From the NCBI GenBank assembly GCA_031459875.1, contig JAVKHQ010000008.1, positions 1-64,000 of the forward strand: a stretch of DNA of 64,000 bases, read 5' to 3'. Below are positions 30,607 to 40,378 of the stretch, piece after piece. Position numbers and translations under genes: made by a program. Each line of letters starts with the position of its first letter. Position 1 is the stretch's first letter. The notes below the pieces were generated by a model. It had not been told where the DNA came from and did not search any database. It worked only from the letters and a program-made list of their open reading frames with translations. Source of the stretch: Candidatus Fervidifonticultor sextus. GTDB lineage: Bacteria; Sysuimicrobiota; Sysuimicrobiia; Sysuimicrobiales; Humicultoraceae.

Positions 30607-31794
30607 ATGTACAGGACCAAGAAAACCGTCCGGGACGTCGAGGTGTCCGGGAAGCGCGTCCTGGTCCGCGCCGACTTCAACGTCCCCATGGACGGCGGCA
30701 CGATCACCGACGACCGCCGGATCCGCGAGTCGCTCCCGACCATCCGCTACCTGCTCGACCATCAGGCCCGGGTCGTCCTGTGCTCACACCTGGGCCGACC
30801 CAAGGGGAAGGTGGATCCCGCCTTCAGCCTGGCCCCGGTGGCCGTGCGTCTTGCCGATCTTTTGGGGCAGCCCGTCCCGCTGCTCCCCGACTGCGTCGGC
30901 CCGGAGGTCGAGGCGGCGGTGGTTCGCATGCGGCCGGGGGACGTCGTGCTGCTGGAAAACCTCCGGTTCCACCCCGAGGAAGAAGCTAACGACGCGGCCT
31001 TTGCGGTCGCCTTGAGCCGTCTGGCCGACCTCTACGTCAACGACGCCTTCGGGACTGCGCACCGCGCGCACGCCTCCACGGCCGGCGTCGCCCGCCACCT
31101 GCCCGCCGTGGCCGGGTTCCTGATGGAGAAGGAACTGCGCCACCTGGGGCAGGCGCTGGAGGCCCCGGCGCGCCCCTTCGTGGCCATCCTCGGCGGCAAG
31201 AAGGTCTCCGACAAGATCGCGGTGATCCGGAACCTGCTGGCGCGCGCCGACTCCCTGCTTGTCGGCGGCGGGATGGCCTACACGTTCCTCAAGGCCAAGG
31301 GCGACGAGATCGGGGGGTCGATCCTGGAGCCGGACAGCCTGCCTCTCGCCTCAGCCCTGATGGCCGAAGCGGCCAGCCGCCGTGTCCGGTTCGAGCTCCC
31401 CCAGGACGTGGTGGTGAGCGCCACGGCCGATGGATCCGCGGCCACGCAGGTGGTGGAGGCCAGCGCCATCCCTCCGGCCCTGATCGGCGTCGACATCGGC
31501 CCGCGCACCGCCGCGCACTTTGCCGGCATCATCAAGGACGCCGGTACCGTCCTCTGGAACGGGCCGATGGGCATCTTCGAAGTCCCGGCGTTTGCGGCGG
31601 GAACCCGGGCGATTGCCGAGGCCATGGCGGCCTCGAAGGCGGTGACGGTGGTCGGCGGCGGGGACACGGCGGCCGCCGTGGAAGCCTTCGGGTTGTCGGA
31701 CCGGATGACGCACATCTCGACCGGCGGGGGGGCGTCGCTGGAGTTCCTCGAGGGACGCCAGTTGCCGGGCGTGGCTGTCCTGCAGGACGCCTAA
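30607..31794 (+). CDS. pgk: Phosphoglycerate kinase
   Basis: [46 protein letters not shown]. Start 30598 or 30607. Confidence 0.97.
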   Translation: MYRTKKTVRDVEVSGKRVLVRADFNVPMDGGTITDDRRIRESLPTIRYLLDHQARVVLCSHLGRPKGKVDPAFSLAPVAVRLADLLGQPVPLLPDCVGPEVEAAVVRMRPGDVVLLENLRFHPEEEANDAAFAVALSRLADLYVNDAFGTAHRAHASTAGVARHLPAVAGFLMEKELRHLGQALEAPARPFVAILGGKKVSDKIAVIRNLLARADSLLVGGGMAYTFLKAKGDEIGGSILEPDSLPLASALMAEAASRRVRFELPQDVVVSATADGSAATQVVEASAIPPALIGVDIGPRTAAHFAGIIKDAGTVLWNGPMGIFEVPAFAAGTRAIAEAMAASKAVTVVGGGDTAAAVEAFGLSDRMTHISTGGGASLEFLEGRQLPGVAVLQDA

Positions 31795-31801
31795 GGCAAT
31801 C

Positions 31802-32566
31802 ATGCGGACGCCGCTGGTGGTCGGCAACTGGAAGATGCACAAGACGGTGCGTGAGGCCCGTGACCTGGCGGAGCGGCTGCGGCAGCGTCTGGCCGGGACC
31901 AGTGGGGTGGACGTCGTCGTCTGCCCGCCGTTCACGGCCCTGGCCGAGGTCGGCCGCGTGCTCGCCGGATCGCCTATCGAACTCGGCGCCCAGGACGTCC
32001 ACTGGGAGCCCCAGGGCGCCTTCACCGGCGAGATCTCCGCCCCGATGCTCTGGGACCTGGGCTGCACCTACGTGATCGTCGGCCACTCGGAGCGCCGCCG
32101 GCTGCTGGACGAGGACGACGAGACCGTGGGCCGGAAGGTGACCGCGGCGCTGGCCGCGGAACTCATCCCCATTCTCTGCGTGGGCGAGTCGTCAGACGAG
32201 CGCGAGGCGGGCCGCACCGAGCGCATCGTCCAGACCCAGGCCCGGGTCGGCACGCTGGGCGTGACCCCCGAGCAGGCCTCGCAACTCGTGGTCGCCTACG
32301 AGCCGGTGTGGGCGATCGGCACCGGCCAGCCCGCCACCGGCGAGGAGGCCAACCGGATCGCGGGGTTGCTCCGCCGATGGCTGCGCCAGTGGTACGGCGA
32401 GGCCGCCGACGCCGTACGCATCCTCTACGGCGGCAGCGTCACGCCCCAGACCGTTGCGGAGTTTGCGGGGCAGCCCGAGATCGACGGCGCGCTGGTGGGT
32501 GGCGCCAGCCTCGACGCCGAGGCGTTCGCGGGAATCGTCGCCGCCGTCTCGGCGCAGGCGCGCTGA
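31802..32566 (+). CDS. tpiA: Triosephosphate isomerase
   Basis: GNWKM, GHSERR, AYEPVWAIGTG, YGGSV, LVGGASL. Confidence 0.97.
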   Translation: MRTPLVVGNWKMHKTVREARDLAERLRQRLAGTSGVDVVVCPPFTALAEVGRVLAGSPIELGAQDVHWEPQGAFTGEISAPMLWDLGCTYVIVGHSERRRLLDEDDETVGRKVTAALAAELIPILCVGESSDEREAGRTERIVQTQARVGTLGVTPEQASQLVVAYEPVWAIGTGQPATGEEANRIAGLLRRWLRQWYGEAADAVRILYGGSVTPQTVAEFAGQPEIDGALVGGASLDAEAFAGIVAAVSAQAR

Positions 32567-32587
32567 CGTCCCGGGAGGGGGCGGGCC

Positions 32588-33940
32588 GTGGCCCTGCGGG
32601 ACGCCATTGAGGAGTACCATCGCCTGCTGACCGACGAGCTGGCCGCCGACTCCCAGGCGCAGCTCGACGTCCAGCACCGCCGCCGCGGCCTGTTCTTCGG
32701 GGAGCGGCCGATCTGCACCGTGCTGCGGCCCCGGTTCCTGACGCCCGACCAGTACCGATTCATTCGGACCAGCCTGCAGGGGCTGCTCCGCGCCTTCGAC
32801 CGGGCCTACCGCCTGGCCGTGGCCGACCCCGGCTTCCGGCGGCAGTTCGGGCTGACGGCGTGGGAGGAGGCTCTCGTCCAGGACGACCCGGGATTCCGCG
32901 ACCCCAGCCCCACCTCCCGTATCGACGCCTTCTTCACCCCCGAGACCGGAGAACTCTGGGTGACCGAGTACAATGCGGAAACCCCGGCCGCCATCGCCTA
33001 CAGCGACGTGCTGGCCGACGTCTTCTACGCGCTCCCGGTCATGCGCGAGTTCCTGCGCCGCCACCAGGTCCAGCCCCTGCCCGGCCGGCACAACCTGCTC
33101 CACGTCCTGCTGGACGCCTACCGGCAGTGGTCCGGCCGGCGGGAGGTGCCGCGGATCGCCATCCTGGACTGGCACGAGGTGCCCACGTACAGTGAGTTCG
33201 TGCTCTTCCACGAGTACTTCACCGCGCAGGGCCTCCGCTCGGTCATCGCCGACCCGCGGCAGGTGGAGTACTACGGCGGCCGCCTGTGGGCTGCGGGCGA
33301 GGCGGTGGACCTGATCTACAAGCGCGTGCTGCTCAGCGAGCTGGTGGATCGGGGCGGGCTCGCCCATCCGGTGATCCGCGCGGTCCGGGAAAGGGCCGTC
33401 TGCATGGTCAACCCTTTCCGCTGCAAGATCCTCCACAAGAAGGCCAGCCTGGCCGTCCTCAGCGATGAGCGCAACGCCGGTCTGTTCTCATCGGAGGAGC
33501 GTCGCGCCATCGCTGCCCACATCCCGTGGACCCGGCGCGTGGAGGAGCGCCGCACCGAGTACCGCGGGGCACCGGTCGACCTCGTCCCGTTCGTGCTCGA
33601 GCACCGCGAGCGGTTCGTGCTCAAGCCCGACGACGAATATGGGGGGAAGGGCGTGGTCCTGGGGTGGGAGACCGGAGCGTCTGACTGGGAGCGCGCCGTG
33701 CAGGCGGCGTTGGACGAGCCCTCGGTGGTGCAGGAGCGCGTGCCCATCCCCCGGGAACCCTATCCCAGCCTGACCGACGGCCGGGTGGTGGTCACCGACC
33801 GGATGTTGGACACCAACCCTTACGTGTACTACGGCGACTACGTGGACGGGTGCATGACGCGCCTGTCGACGGCGGCGTTGCTGAACGTCTCGGCCGGCGG
33901 CGGATCCACGGTGGCGACCTACATCGTCGAGGAACGGTGA
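32588..33940 (+). CDS. Circularly permuted ATP-grasp (glutathione synthetase/GSP-synthase-like) ligase
   Basis: RIDAF...EYNAETP early in the protein, [29 protein letters not shown] at the end; this order is typical of the circularly permuted ATP-grasp fold. Confidence 0.75.
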   Translation: MALRDAIEEYHRLLTDELAADSQAQLDVQHRRRGLFFGERPICTVLRPRFLTPDQYRFIRTSLQGLLRAFDRAYRLAVADPGFRRQFGLTAWEEALVQDDPGFRDPSPTSRIDAFFTPETGELWVTEYNAETPAAIAYSDVLADVFYALPVMREFLRRHQVQPLPGRHNLLHVLLDAYRQWSGRREVPRIAILDWHEVPTYSEFVLFHEYFTAQGLRSVIADPRQVEYYGGRLWAAGEAVDLIYKRVLLSELVDRGGLAHPVIRAVRERAVCMVNPFRCKILHKKASLAVLSDERNAGLFSSEERRAIAAHIPWTRRVEERRTEYRGAPVDLVPFVLEHRERFVLKPDDEYGGKGVVLGWETGASDWERAVQAALDEPSVVQERVPIPREPYPSLTDGRVVVTDRMLDTNPYVYYGDYVDGCMTRLSTAALLNVSAGGGSTVATYIVEER

Positions 33941-33944
33941 TGCG

Positions 33945-35066
33945 GTGGAGCCCCCGTCGCTGACCATCGGGATCGAGGAAGAGTACCAGATCATCGATCC
34001 CCAGACCCGCGAGCTACGCAGCTACATCACCGAGATCCTGGAGGGCGACCACCTCACGCTGCGGGAGCAGGTCAAGCCCGAACTGCACCAGTCCATCGTC
34101 GAGGTCGGCACGCAGGTCTGCCGCACGCCGGCTGAGGCCCGAGGGGAGTTGATCCGCCTGCGGCGGGAGGTCGCCCGCGTGGCGGCCAGGAACGGCTTGG
34201 TGATTGCGGCGGCCGGCACGCACCCGTTCTCGTCGTGGCTCGCGCAGGAGATCACCCCCTACGAGCGGTACCTGGGTGTGGCCAAGGACATGCAGGTGCT
34301 CGCCCGGCAGTTGCTGATCTTCGGCACGCACGTGCACATCGGCATCGAGGACCGCGAGTTCCTCATCGACGCCATGAACGTCTCGCGCTACCTGCTCCCC
34401 CACGTGCTGTGCCTGTCCACGAGTTCGCCGTTCTGGATGGGCCGGGAGACCGGGCTGAAGTCCTACCGGAGCATCATCTTCCGGAACTTCCCTCGCACCG
34501 GCATCCCGCGGCTGTTCCAGTCGTGGGCGGAGTTCTCCTACCTGGTGGACACCATGGTCCGGACCAACACCATCCCCGACGGCACCAAGATCTGGTGGGA
34601 CGTGCGGCCGAACTGGAACTACCCCACCCTGGAATTCCGGATCTGTGACGTCTGCACCCGGGTCGAAGAAGCGGCGTGCATCGCCGCCATCTTCCAGGCC
34701 ATCGTGGCCAAGTGCTGGAAGTTGCGCCGCGACAACATGACGTTCCGCCTGTATCCGGCGGACCTGATCGAGGAGAACAAGTGGCGGGCCGTCCGCTACG
34801 GCCTCGACGGCAAGATGATCGACTTCGGCAAGCAGCAGGAGCTCCCGGCGCGCCATCTGATCCGGGAGATGCTGGAGTGGTTCATCGGGGACGTGGTGGA
34901 TGAACTGGGCAGCCGCCCAGAGGTCAACTACGCCTACCGGATTCTCGAAGAGGGGACCAGCGCCGACCGCCAGCTCGCCACCTACCGGCGCACCGGCGAC
35001 CTGAACGCAGTCGTGGACCGGCTGATCCGTGAGACCGCCGAAGGCGTGGAGGGCGAGTCACCCTGA
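33945..35066 (+). CDS. YbdK-type carboxylate-amine ligase (glutamate-cysteine ligase family 2)
   Basis: [56 protein letters not shown]. Confidence 0.9.
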   Translation: MEPPSLTIGIEEEYQIIDPQTRELRSYITEILEGDHLTLREQVKPELHQSIVEVGTQVCRTPAEARGELIRLRREVARVAARNGLVIAAAGTHPFSSWLAQEITPYERYLGVAKDMQVLARQLLIFGTHVHIGIEDREFLIDAMNVSRYLLPHVLCLSTSSPFWMGRETGLKSYRSIIFRNFPRTGIPRLFQSWAEFSYLVDTMVRTNTIPDGTKIWWDVRPNWNYPTLEFRICDVCTRVEEAACIAAIFQAIVAKCWKLRRDNMTFRLYPADLIEENKWRAVRYGLDGKMIDFGKQQELPARHLIREMLEWFIGDVVDELGSRPEVNYAYRILEEGTSADRQLATYRRTGDLNAVVDRLIRETAEGVEGESP

Positions 35067-35189
35067 CGCAGGGGAGGGACAGAATGGGCTCTTCTGGGGG
35101 CCGCCGGGCTGGAGTCTTCCAATGGAAGGTGGTCAGGACATATACTGAACGCCAGCCAGGAGCCCAACAAGGAAATCCCGGTGGAGGCC

Positions 35190-35879
35190 ATGACAGATCG
35201 CAGGGCGCTGTTGCGGCGCGTTGTCCTGTTCAGCTCACTCAGTGACGAGAGGCTGGCGGTGCTGGAGGCCGGCCTGCGCCGACACACCTACCGGAGCGAT
35301 ACGACGATCTTCCACAAGGGCCAGGATGGAGACGCGCTCTACCTCATCGAGTCGGGCCGGGTGCGCATCTTTCTGCAGACGGAAGCCGGAGAAGAACACA
35401 CCCTGGCGTTGCTCGGGCCGACGGACTTCTTCGGCGAACTGGCGCTGCTCGATCAGCTTCCCCGGTCGGCCAGTGCCGAGGCGGTGGAGGACTCGGTGCT
35501 CTATACACTGGGCCGAGCGGACTTCCAGCGGGAACTCGCCCGCGCCCCCGATCTGGCCATGGCGCTGCTGGCGGCCCTTGGCGCCCGACAGCGGCGCATG
35601 ACCGAGTATACGGCATCGCTCGCTCTGCAGGACGTCGGCGGGCGGCTGGCTCACCTGCTCCTCGATATGGCCGAACGGCACGGCCATCAAGAGGACGGGC
35701 TCGTCATCGATCTCCACGTGACCCAGGCGGAGCTGGCCCGCATGATCGGCGCGACCCGCGAGCGGATCAACCGGGCGCTGGCTGCCTTCAAGGCTGCAGG
35801 TCTCATCCAGATGCGGGGACGTCGGATCGTCATCACAAGTCCCCAACGGTTGCGCGGGCGAATGTGGCGAATGTCCTGA
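35190..35879 (+). CDS. Crp/Fnr family transcriptional regulator (cNMP-binding)
   Basis: FGELALLDQLPRSASA cyclic-nucleotide motif; TQAELARMIGATRERINRAL HTH with the CRP-like RE recognition helix. GTG 35181 is an alternative start. Confidence 0.92.
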   Translation: MTDRRALLRRVVLFSSLSDERLAVLEAGLRRHTYRSDTTIFHKGQDGDALYLIESGRVRIFLQTEAGEEHTLALLGPTDFFGELALLDQLPRSASAEAVEDSVLYTLGRADFQRELARAPDLAMALLAALGARQRRMTEYTASLALQDVGGRLAHLLLDMAERHGHQEDGLVIDLHVTQAELARMIGATRERINRALAAFKAAGLIQMRGRRIVITSPQRLRGRMWRMS

Positions 35880-35984
35880 GGCCCACAGGGTGCTCATCCG
35901 CGGAATGCGGCCGCCGAAGGAGACGGGCGCCCGTCCCCTCCGGCCCGCACGCGGAGCGACGCGGTGGCGCCGCGCCCGCGGGTG

Positions 35985-36161
35985 TTAGCTCGCCACGGGC
36001 GGCCGGATCTCCTCGCGCGGCCCCTCGGGCGTGTCGTTCGTCAGCGCCACGGCCGGCGACCGGATCTCCTCGCGCGGCCCTTCCACGTCCGCGACGGTGG
36101 TGCGGGGAAGCGCCGAGAACATCAGGCCGCTCAGCACGACGGCCGCTATCAACTTGTTCAT
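35985..36161 (-). CDS. 58-aa exported peptide with two EGPREEIR repeats
   Basis: GGAAGAGGTG RBS 7 nt before ATG 36161. MNKLIAAVVLSGLMFSALPRTTVA signal-like segment, then DVEGPREEIRSPAVALTNDTPEGPREEIRPPVAS. Confidence 0.75.
   Translation of the reverse strand: MNKLIAAVVLSGLMFSALPRTTVADVEGPREEIRSPAVALTNDTPEGPREEIRPPVAS
36003..36080. repeat. 21-bp exact direct repeat, 57-bp period
   Basis: ccggatctcctcgcgcggccc at 36003-36023 and 36060-36080; the period is a multiple of 3. Confidence 0.95.
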
Positions 36162-36231
36162 TGTGGTGCACCTCTTCCATCGAATTGGTGGTCTGTCGCC
36201 GAGAGAAAAGCGGATCGACCACCTGGTTCTC

Positions 36232-36297
36232 AGTGTAGGCGCTGGGCGCCCAATCACCTGTGCGCGACCGCACAAAGTTCCAGTGAAATTGGTCACT
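36232..36297 (-). promoter_or_regulatory. Putative class II CRP-dependent promoter of the peptide gene, with two CRP-like palindromes
   Basis: Minus-strand -10 TACACT (36237-36232); TGTGC-N6-GCACA at 36259-36274; AGTGA-N6-TCACT at 36282-36297. Confidence 0.65.
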
Positions 36298-36339
36298 TCA
36301 CCCCAATCCTCCCAACCCACAGGCAGGAAGCGCGGATCG

Positions 36340-36368
36340 TTGCCGTCATCAGGGCGCCGTGCTACGAT
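36340..36368 (+). promoter_or_regulatory. Putative sigma70 promoter of secG
   Basis: TTGCCG, 17-bp spacer ending TGC, TACGAT. Confidence 0.5.
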
Positions 36369-36418
36369 GGGGGGTGGTTTTGGGGCCGCAGGCTCCGGAC
36401 GGTCTGGAGGCGTCCATC

Positions 36419-36637
36419 GTGACCGAAGCTTTGTTGATCGCCCACATCGTCATCTCGCTGGCGCTCATCGGCATCATCCTCCTCCAGGGGCCTAAGGGGG
36501 AAGGGCTCGGGGCCATCGGCGGCAGCGCCCGCATCTTCCACGGCCCGCGTCCGCGCGAGACGCTGCTCACCCGCATCACGGCCGCCTTCTCGATCCTCTT
36601 CGTGGTCACGGCGAGTACGCTGGTCTTCCTGCGGTAG
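36419..36637 (+). CDS. secG: Preprotein translocase subunit SecG
   Basis: IILLQGPKGEGLGAIGGS...LTRIT, two TMs; tpiA...secG...tRNA-Leu synteny. Confidence 0.9.
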   Translation: MTEALLIAHIVISLALIGIILLQGPKGEGLGAIGGSARIFHGPRPRETLLTRITAAFSILFVVTASTLVFLR

Positions 36638-36745
36638 TCGACCGCCGCTCTCGGCCCGGGCTCACCGACCCGGGGCCGGTCTGGTCGAAGTTGGGTATGA
36701 CCCCCGTGGGAGGCTGCCGGACCCTGCCGACCTCCCGGTGAGACC

Positions 36746-37120
36746 ATGGCGGTTCTGCCCGCGGTTGTCACCCTCGCCCTGGCGGCGGCGACCCCGACGC
36801 CGCGGTGGATGGCTGTACATGCGGGGATCTACCAGCTCACGGTGCCCGCCCGCCAGACGATGACCCTGGTCCTCCCGATCCCGCCGCCTCTGAGGATCGG
36901 CGACCGCCCGCTCACGATGACATGGAGCATCGTCAGGCCCGTCCCGGCGCCGCACCTCCTCGTCCTGGAACAGTGCGTTCAGCCCGAGCAGTGCTATGCG
37001 ACGGTGCTGCGGCCGAACGGCTGGGCGTCCGGGACGGTGCGCACGACCTTTCGGGTCACGAACCGGACCGCGGTGGCGGTCGACATCCGGTTCCGATACA
37101 CGGTCTGGAATGTCCCGTAG
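36746..37120 (+). CDS. Hypothetical exported beta-rich protein
   Basis: Hydrophobic N-terminus, C-x5-C pair (CVQPEQC); fills the gap between secG and the DoxX gene. Confidence 0.5.
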   Translation: MAVLPAVVTLALAAATPTPRWMAVHAGIYQLTVPARQTMTLVLPIPPPLRIGDRPLTMTWSIVRPVPAPHLLVLEQCVQPEQCYATVLRPNGWASGTVRTTFRVTNRTAVAVDIRFRYTVWNVP

Positions 37121-37174
37121 GCCCTCCCCGTTGTCATAGGGCGAACACTCTCTGGCAAAGGAGGGGTCGTCCGG

Positions 37175-37567
37175 ATGATCGCACTCGTGCTGATTGCCCA
37201 GATCGTGCTGGGCGTCTATTTCCTGTACAACGCGTACAATCACCTGATCAAGAACCGTGCGGGGCTCACCGGGTACGCCCAGATGCGCGGCGTGCCGGCT
37301 CCTGCTCCGTCGGTGGTGGTGACCGGGTTTATGCTGCTCGGCGCGGGCCTCGGTCTGCTGCTGGGCTACCAGGTCAGGATTGCCGCCTGGTTGGCCATCG
37401 TCTTCCTCGTGCTGGTGGCGTTTCTCGTGCACCACTTCTGGACCGACGAGGGGATGGAGCGGGCCGGGCAGATCGCGCACTTCGGGAAGAACCTGGCGCT
37501 GGCTGCGGCGCTGCTCCTGGTCACCTACCTGTCGAACGACGTGTGGGTGATCCGTCTGGGGCCCTAG
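37175..37567 (+). CDS. DoxX family membrane protein
   Basis: Four TMs, YAQMRGVPAP, HHFW...HFGKNLALA motif; AGGAGGGG RBS. Confidence 0.8.
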   Translation: MIALVLIAQIVLGVYFLYNAYNHLIKNRAGLTGYAQMRGVPAPAPSVVVTGFMLLGAGLGLLLGYQVRIAAWLAIVFLVLVAFLVHHFWTDEGMERAGQIAHFGKNLALAAALLLVTYLSNDVWVIRLGP

Positions 37568-37627
37568 GGTGCGGTCGTGAGGGCTCGACACATCGAGGCA
37601 CCGGGCGGCGTGCCCGCGCGCCGCGGT

Positions 37628-37657
37628 TTGACACGCTGATCACGCGGTCTCTATAAT
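37628..37657 (+). promoter_or_regulatory. Consensus sigma70 promoter of tRNA-Leu
   Basis: TTGACA (37628-37633), 18 bp, TATAAT (37652-37657). Confidence 0.85.
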
Positions 37658-37697
37658 GAGGACGCTCTGCCCGGCGCTGTTCCCAGGGCGCCTCCCG

Positions 37698-37783
37698 GCC
37701 GGGATGGCGGAACTTGGCAGACGCGCACGCTTGAGGGGCGTGTGGGGTTTCCCGTGGGGGTTCAAATCCCCCTCCCGGCACCA
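37698..37783 (+). tRNA. tRNA-Leu (anticodon GAG)
   Basis: Acceptor GCCGGGA/TCCCGGC-A-CCA, anticodon stem CACGC-ttGAGgg-GCGTG, long variable arm, GGGGG-TTCAAAT-CCCCC T-arm. Confidence 0.96.
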
Positions 37784-37813
37784 GCGTGACCCACCCGGCT
37801 TCATCTCTTCACC

Positions 37814-38485
37814 TCAGTCCGCCCACATCGTCTTCAATCGGACATCCACCACCCGCAGGGTGACGAGCACGCCGCCGGGGATGCCCAGGCGGAGATCGGC
37901 AGTCCTGTTGGCCGGGACCTCCAGCACCAGGGTTTCAAGCCTGGGCACCCGAACGCGGGGCACGAGGAGGGTGGCCTCGACCGTCACACTGACAATGGGC
38001 CACCCCCTGACGTCACTGCGGACCGTGAGAAGATCCCCCCGGATGTCGCCTGTGACCCGCACGGCGGACAGCAGGAGCGGGCGGTAGAGCGCCAGGTCGA
38101 CCGACCTCGACACGCTGACGGGTGAGGCGAGGGCGGGACGACTTGACGAGATCTGGACCACATAGGTGCGAACGAGGTCGCCGCGCACAGGCAGAGGGAT
38201 GGCGAAACGCTCGGACCTGCCCGGTGCGATCTCCCACGGGATCCCGTCGCTCCCGAACACCGTCGCCTCGCCCGACGGCGCATACCCCGTGGCATCGATG
38301 ACCAGGCGGGCGACCGGGCGCGGTCCCCGATTCTCCACCCACCCGGTGATCACGAGGTCGCGGCCGTCGACGGCGTGAGACACGTGTGCGAGCACGAGCC
38401 ACTGCCCCGCTTCTGCTCCTGCCCCGGGCGCGGGGATGCCCACCAGCGGGCTGAGCATCGCCAGCACGATCCACCCGGCTCGCAT
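37814..38485 (-). CDS. Exported hypothetical protein, FxLYD-like Ig-fold N-terminal domain
   Basis: Signal peptide, then ITGWVENRG..PV..L.I.ATGY..SG.......IAPG.S.RF pattern. Start uncertain (38485 or 38509). Confidence 0.55.
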   Translation of the reverse strand: MRAGWIVLAMLSPLVGIPAPGAGAEAGQWLVLAHVSHAVDGRDLVITGWVENRGPRPVARLVIDATGYAPSGEATVFGSDGIPWEIAPGRSERFAIPLPVRGDLVRTYVVQISSSRPALASPVSVSRSVDLALYRPLLLSAVRVTGDIRGDLLTVRSDVRGWPIVSVTVEATLLVPRVRVPRLETLVLEVPANRTADLRLGIPGGVLVTLRVVDVRLKTMWAD

Positions 38486-38663
38486 GCCGCTGCGCGCCCC
38501 CTTTGCCACGTTACACTTCGTTGCCCTTCCGCTTCCAGTCTACACCGGTCCGGAAGGGAGGGGAGCCGACGAAGGTCCTGCCGGCAACGAATCACCCGTA
38601 GAAAATGCTATGCTGTGGCCACCCGATCTGCTACAATGAGGCGTCATATCAGGGGGGTGAAAT

Positions 38664-39680
38664 ATGCGCAGAGGTCTTGTTGCAGTCTTAACGGTGCTTG
38701 TCGCGACTCTTGCGGTGCTCGGGTCCATGCCGCGTGGTGCGGCCGCCGCCACCACGTGGACGGTGAGGGCGGGGACGTCGCGCGACAACCAGGCCCTTCA
38801 GGCGCTGCTGTTCCTGCCCAAGGCGATCACGATCAATGAGGGCGATACGGTCCAGTGGGCGCTGGGAGCGGCCGACCATACCATCTATTTCTCAGCCGGG
38901 CAAAAACTGCCGGACCTGATCGTTCCGGGCCGGGCGAAGGGCGAGTTGCTCTGGAACCCGGTGGTCTTCTTCCCATCTCCCCGGAAGGCCTACGACGGCT
39001 CCGGGCCGCACAGCGGGGGGGCCCTGATCGGGGCCGACCCGAAAGCACCCAAGACCTACGCGGTCACCTTTACGAAGGCCGGCACGTACGCGTACGTCTG
39101 CCTGTTCCACCCGGGCATGGAGGGTACGGTCACCGTCCAGCCGGCTGGCAGCGCGTATCCCAAGACCCAGGCCGAGTACGACCAGATCGCGGTGCAGGAG
39201 GCGCGGGCGGCGCTGGCCAGGGCTGAGGACCTCATGAAGTCGAACACGCCAGTGGTGACCGGCCAGCCGGGCAGGCGCACCTACACGCTGAACATGGTGG
39301 GCACGGCGAAGGATCCCGTCTCCCTCTACCGCTTCCCGGCACAGCGGCTGGAGATCCGACGGGGCGAGACCGTCACGTGGGTCATGAAGGATCCCGCCGA
39401 ACTGCATACGGTGACGTTCGGGGCCAAAGATCCGTTCGAAATCGTCACGATGAAGCCGCAGCCCCAGGGGCCCCCGCTGCTGCTGGTGAACCTGCGGTCC
39501 ATGAACCCGGCCGGCGGCACGGTGCACAAGGGACCCGGCTTCTACAACTCGGGCTTCATGTTCACGGCGGGTCCGGGCGCGAGGCGCTACTCCCTGACCT
39601 TCACGCGCAGTGGCACGTACGAGTATGAGTGCACGATCCACGACCCCTTCGGCATGAAGGCGACGATTGTCGTGAGGTAG
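38664..39680 (+). CDS. Exported two-domain cupredoxin (plastocyanin/azurin-like)
   Basis: Signal peptide; GDTVQW..DHT...YVCLFHPGMEGTVTV and GETVTW...HTVTF...YECTIHDPFGMKATIVV give two type-1 Cu ligand sets. TGcTACAAT at 38629-38637. Confidence 0.85.
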   Translation: MRRGLVAVLTVLVATLAVLGSMPRGAAAATTWTVRAGTSRDNQALQALLFLPKAITINEGDTVQWALGAADHTIYFSAGQKLPDLIVPGRAKGELLWNPVVFFPSPRKAYDGSGPHSGGALIGADPKAPKTYAVTFTKAGTYAYVCLFHPGMEGTVTVQPAGSAYPKTQAEYDQIAVQEARAALARAEDLMKSNTPVVTGQPGRRTYTLNMVGTAKDPVSLYRFPAQRLEIRRGETVTWVMKDPAELHTVTFGAKDPFEIVTMKPQPQGPPLLLVNLRSMNPAGGTVHKGPGFYNSGFMFTAGPGARRYSLTFTRSGTYEYECTIHDPFGMKATIVVR

Positions 39681-39685
39681 GGGGT

Positions 39686-40336
39686 ATGCTGGCCGGCCTC
39701 GACGGGGCGGGCGCACAGCGCCCGCCCCGCAAGCCTCTCGGTGCGGCGCTGGTCGCGGCGCTGGTTGTGGTCGTCGCCGGGGCGATGCGTTTCGGGGGTC
39801 CGGCGCCTCCGATCTGGGGCGCGCCGGCCGGCGCCGCCAGCGCGGAGGCGACCGCCCCGGACTTTGCGTTGATCAACCAGGACGGCCAGCGGGTCACGCT
39901 GCGCCAGTTTCTCGGCAAGATCGTCCTGATGAACTTCATCTACACCCACTGCACGGACGTCTGCCCGCTGGCCCAGTTGAAACTCGCCAGGGTCCAGGAG
40001 GACCTCAAGGCCCGCGGGTGGTTTGGCACCCGGGTGGTCTTCCTTTCGGTGACCTTCGACCCCGCACGTGACACGCCCGCTGTGATGAAGGCGTATGCCA
40101 GGCGTTTCCGGGCCGACCCGGCCGGCTGGCACTTCCTCACCGGCCCGCCTCACGTGGTGGACCGGGTCCTCAAAGCCTACAGAATACCGGTGCGCGCGGT
40201 CGGGGCGACCGGCTCCTTCGAGCACGCCCTCCCCACTCTGGTGATCGACGGGCGGGGCGTGGTGCTCGGGCACTACGAACCCGACTTCACGCCTGCCAAC
40301 GTCGCCCGCGACCTGGCCCGCCTGCTCGGGCCCTGA
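39686..40336 (+). CDS. SCO1/SenC copper chaperone
   Basis: TM anchor, FIYTHCTDVCP (CxxxC), TFDPARDTP, WHFLTG, conserved His (FEH). Confidence 0.92.
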   Translation: MLAGLDGAGAQRPPRKPLGAALVAALVVVVAGAMRFGGPAPPIWGAPAGAASAEATAPDFALINQDGQRVTLRQFLGKIVLMNFIYTHCTDVCPLAQLKLARVQEDLKARGWFGTRVVFLSVTFDPARDTPAVMKAYARRFRADPAGWHFLTGPPHVVDRVLKAYRIPVRAVGATGSFEHALPTLVIDGRGVVLGHYEPDFTPANVARDLARLLGP

Positions 40337-40378
40337 GGCCCGATCGTCCGTGGCCGGGAGCCGCGCCTTCGCCGCAGG

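Noticed and set aside
36003..36080. 21-bp repeat with 36-bp spacer as a mini-CRISPR
   Set aside because: Only two copies, in frame inside a coding ORF with RBS and signal peptide, and no cas genes in the window.
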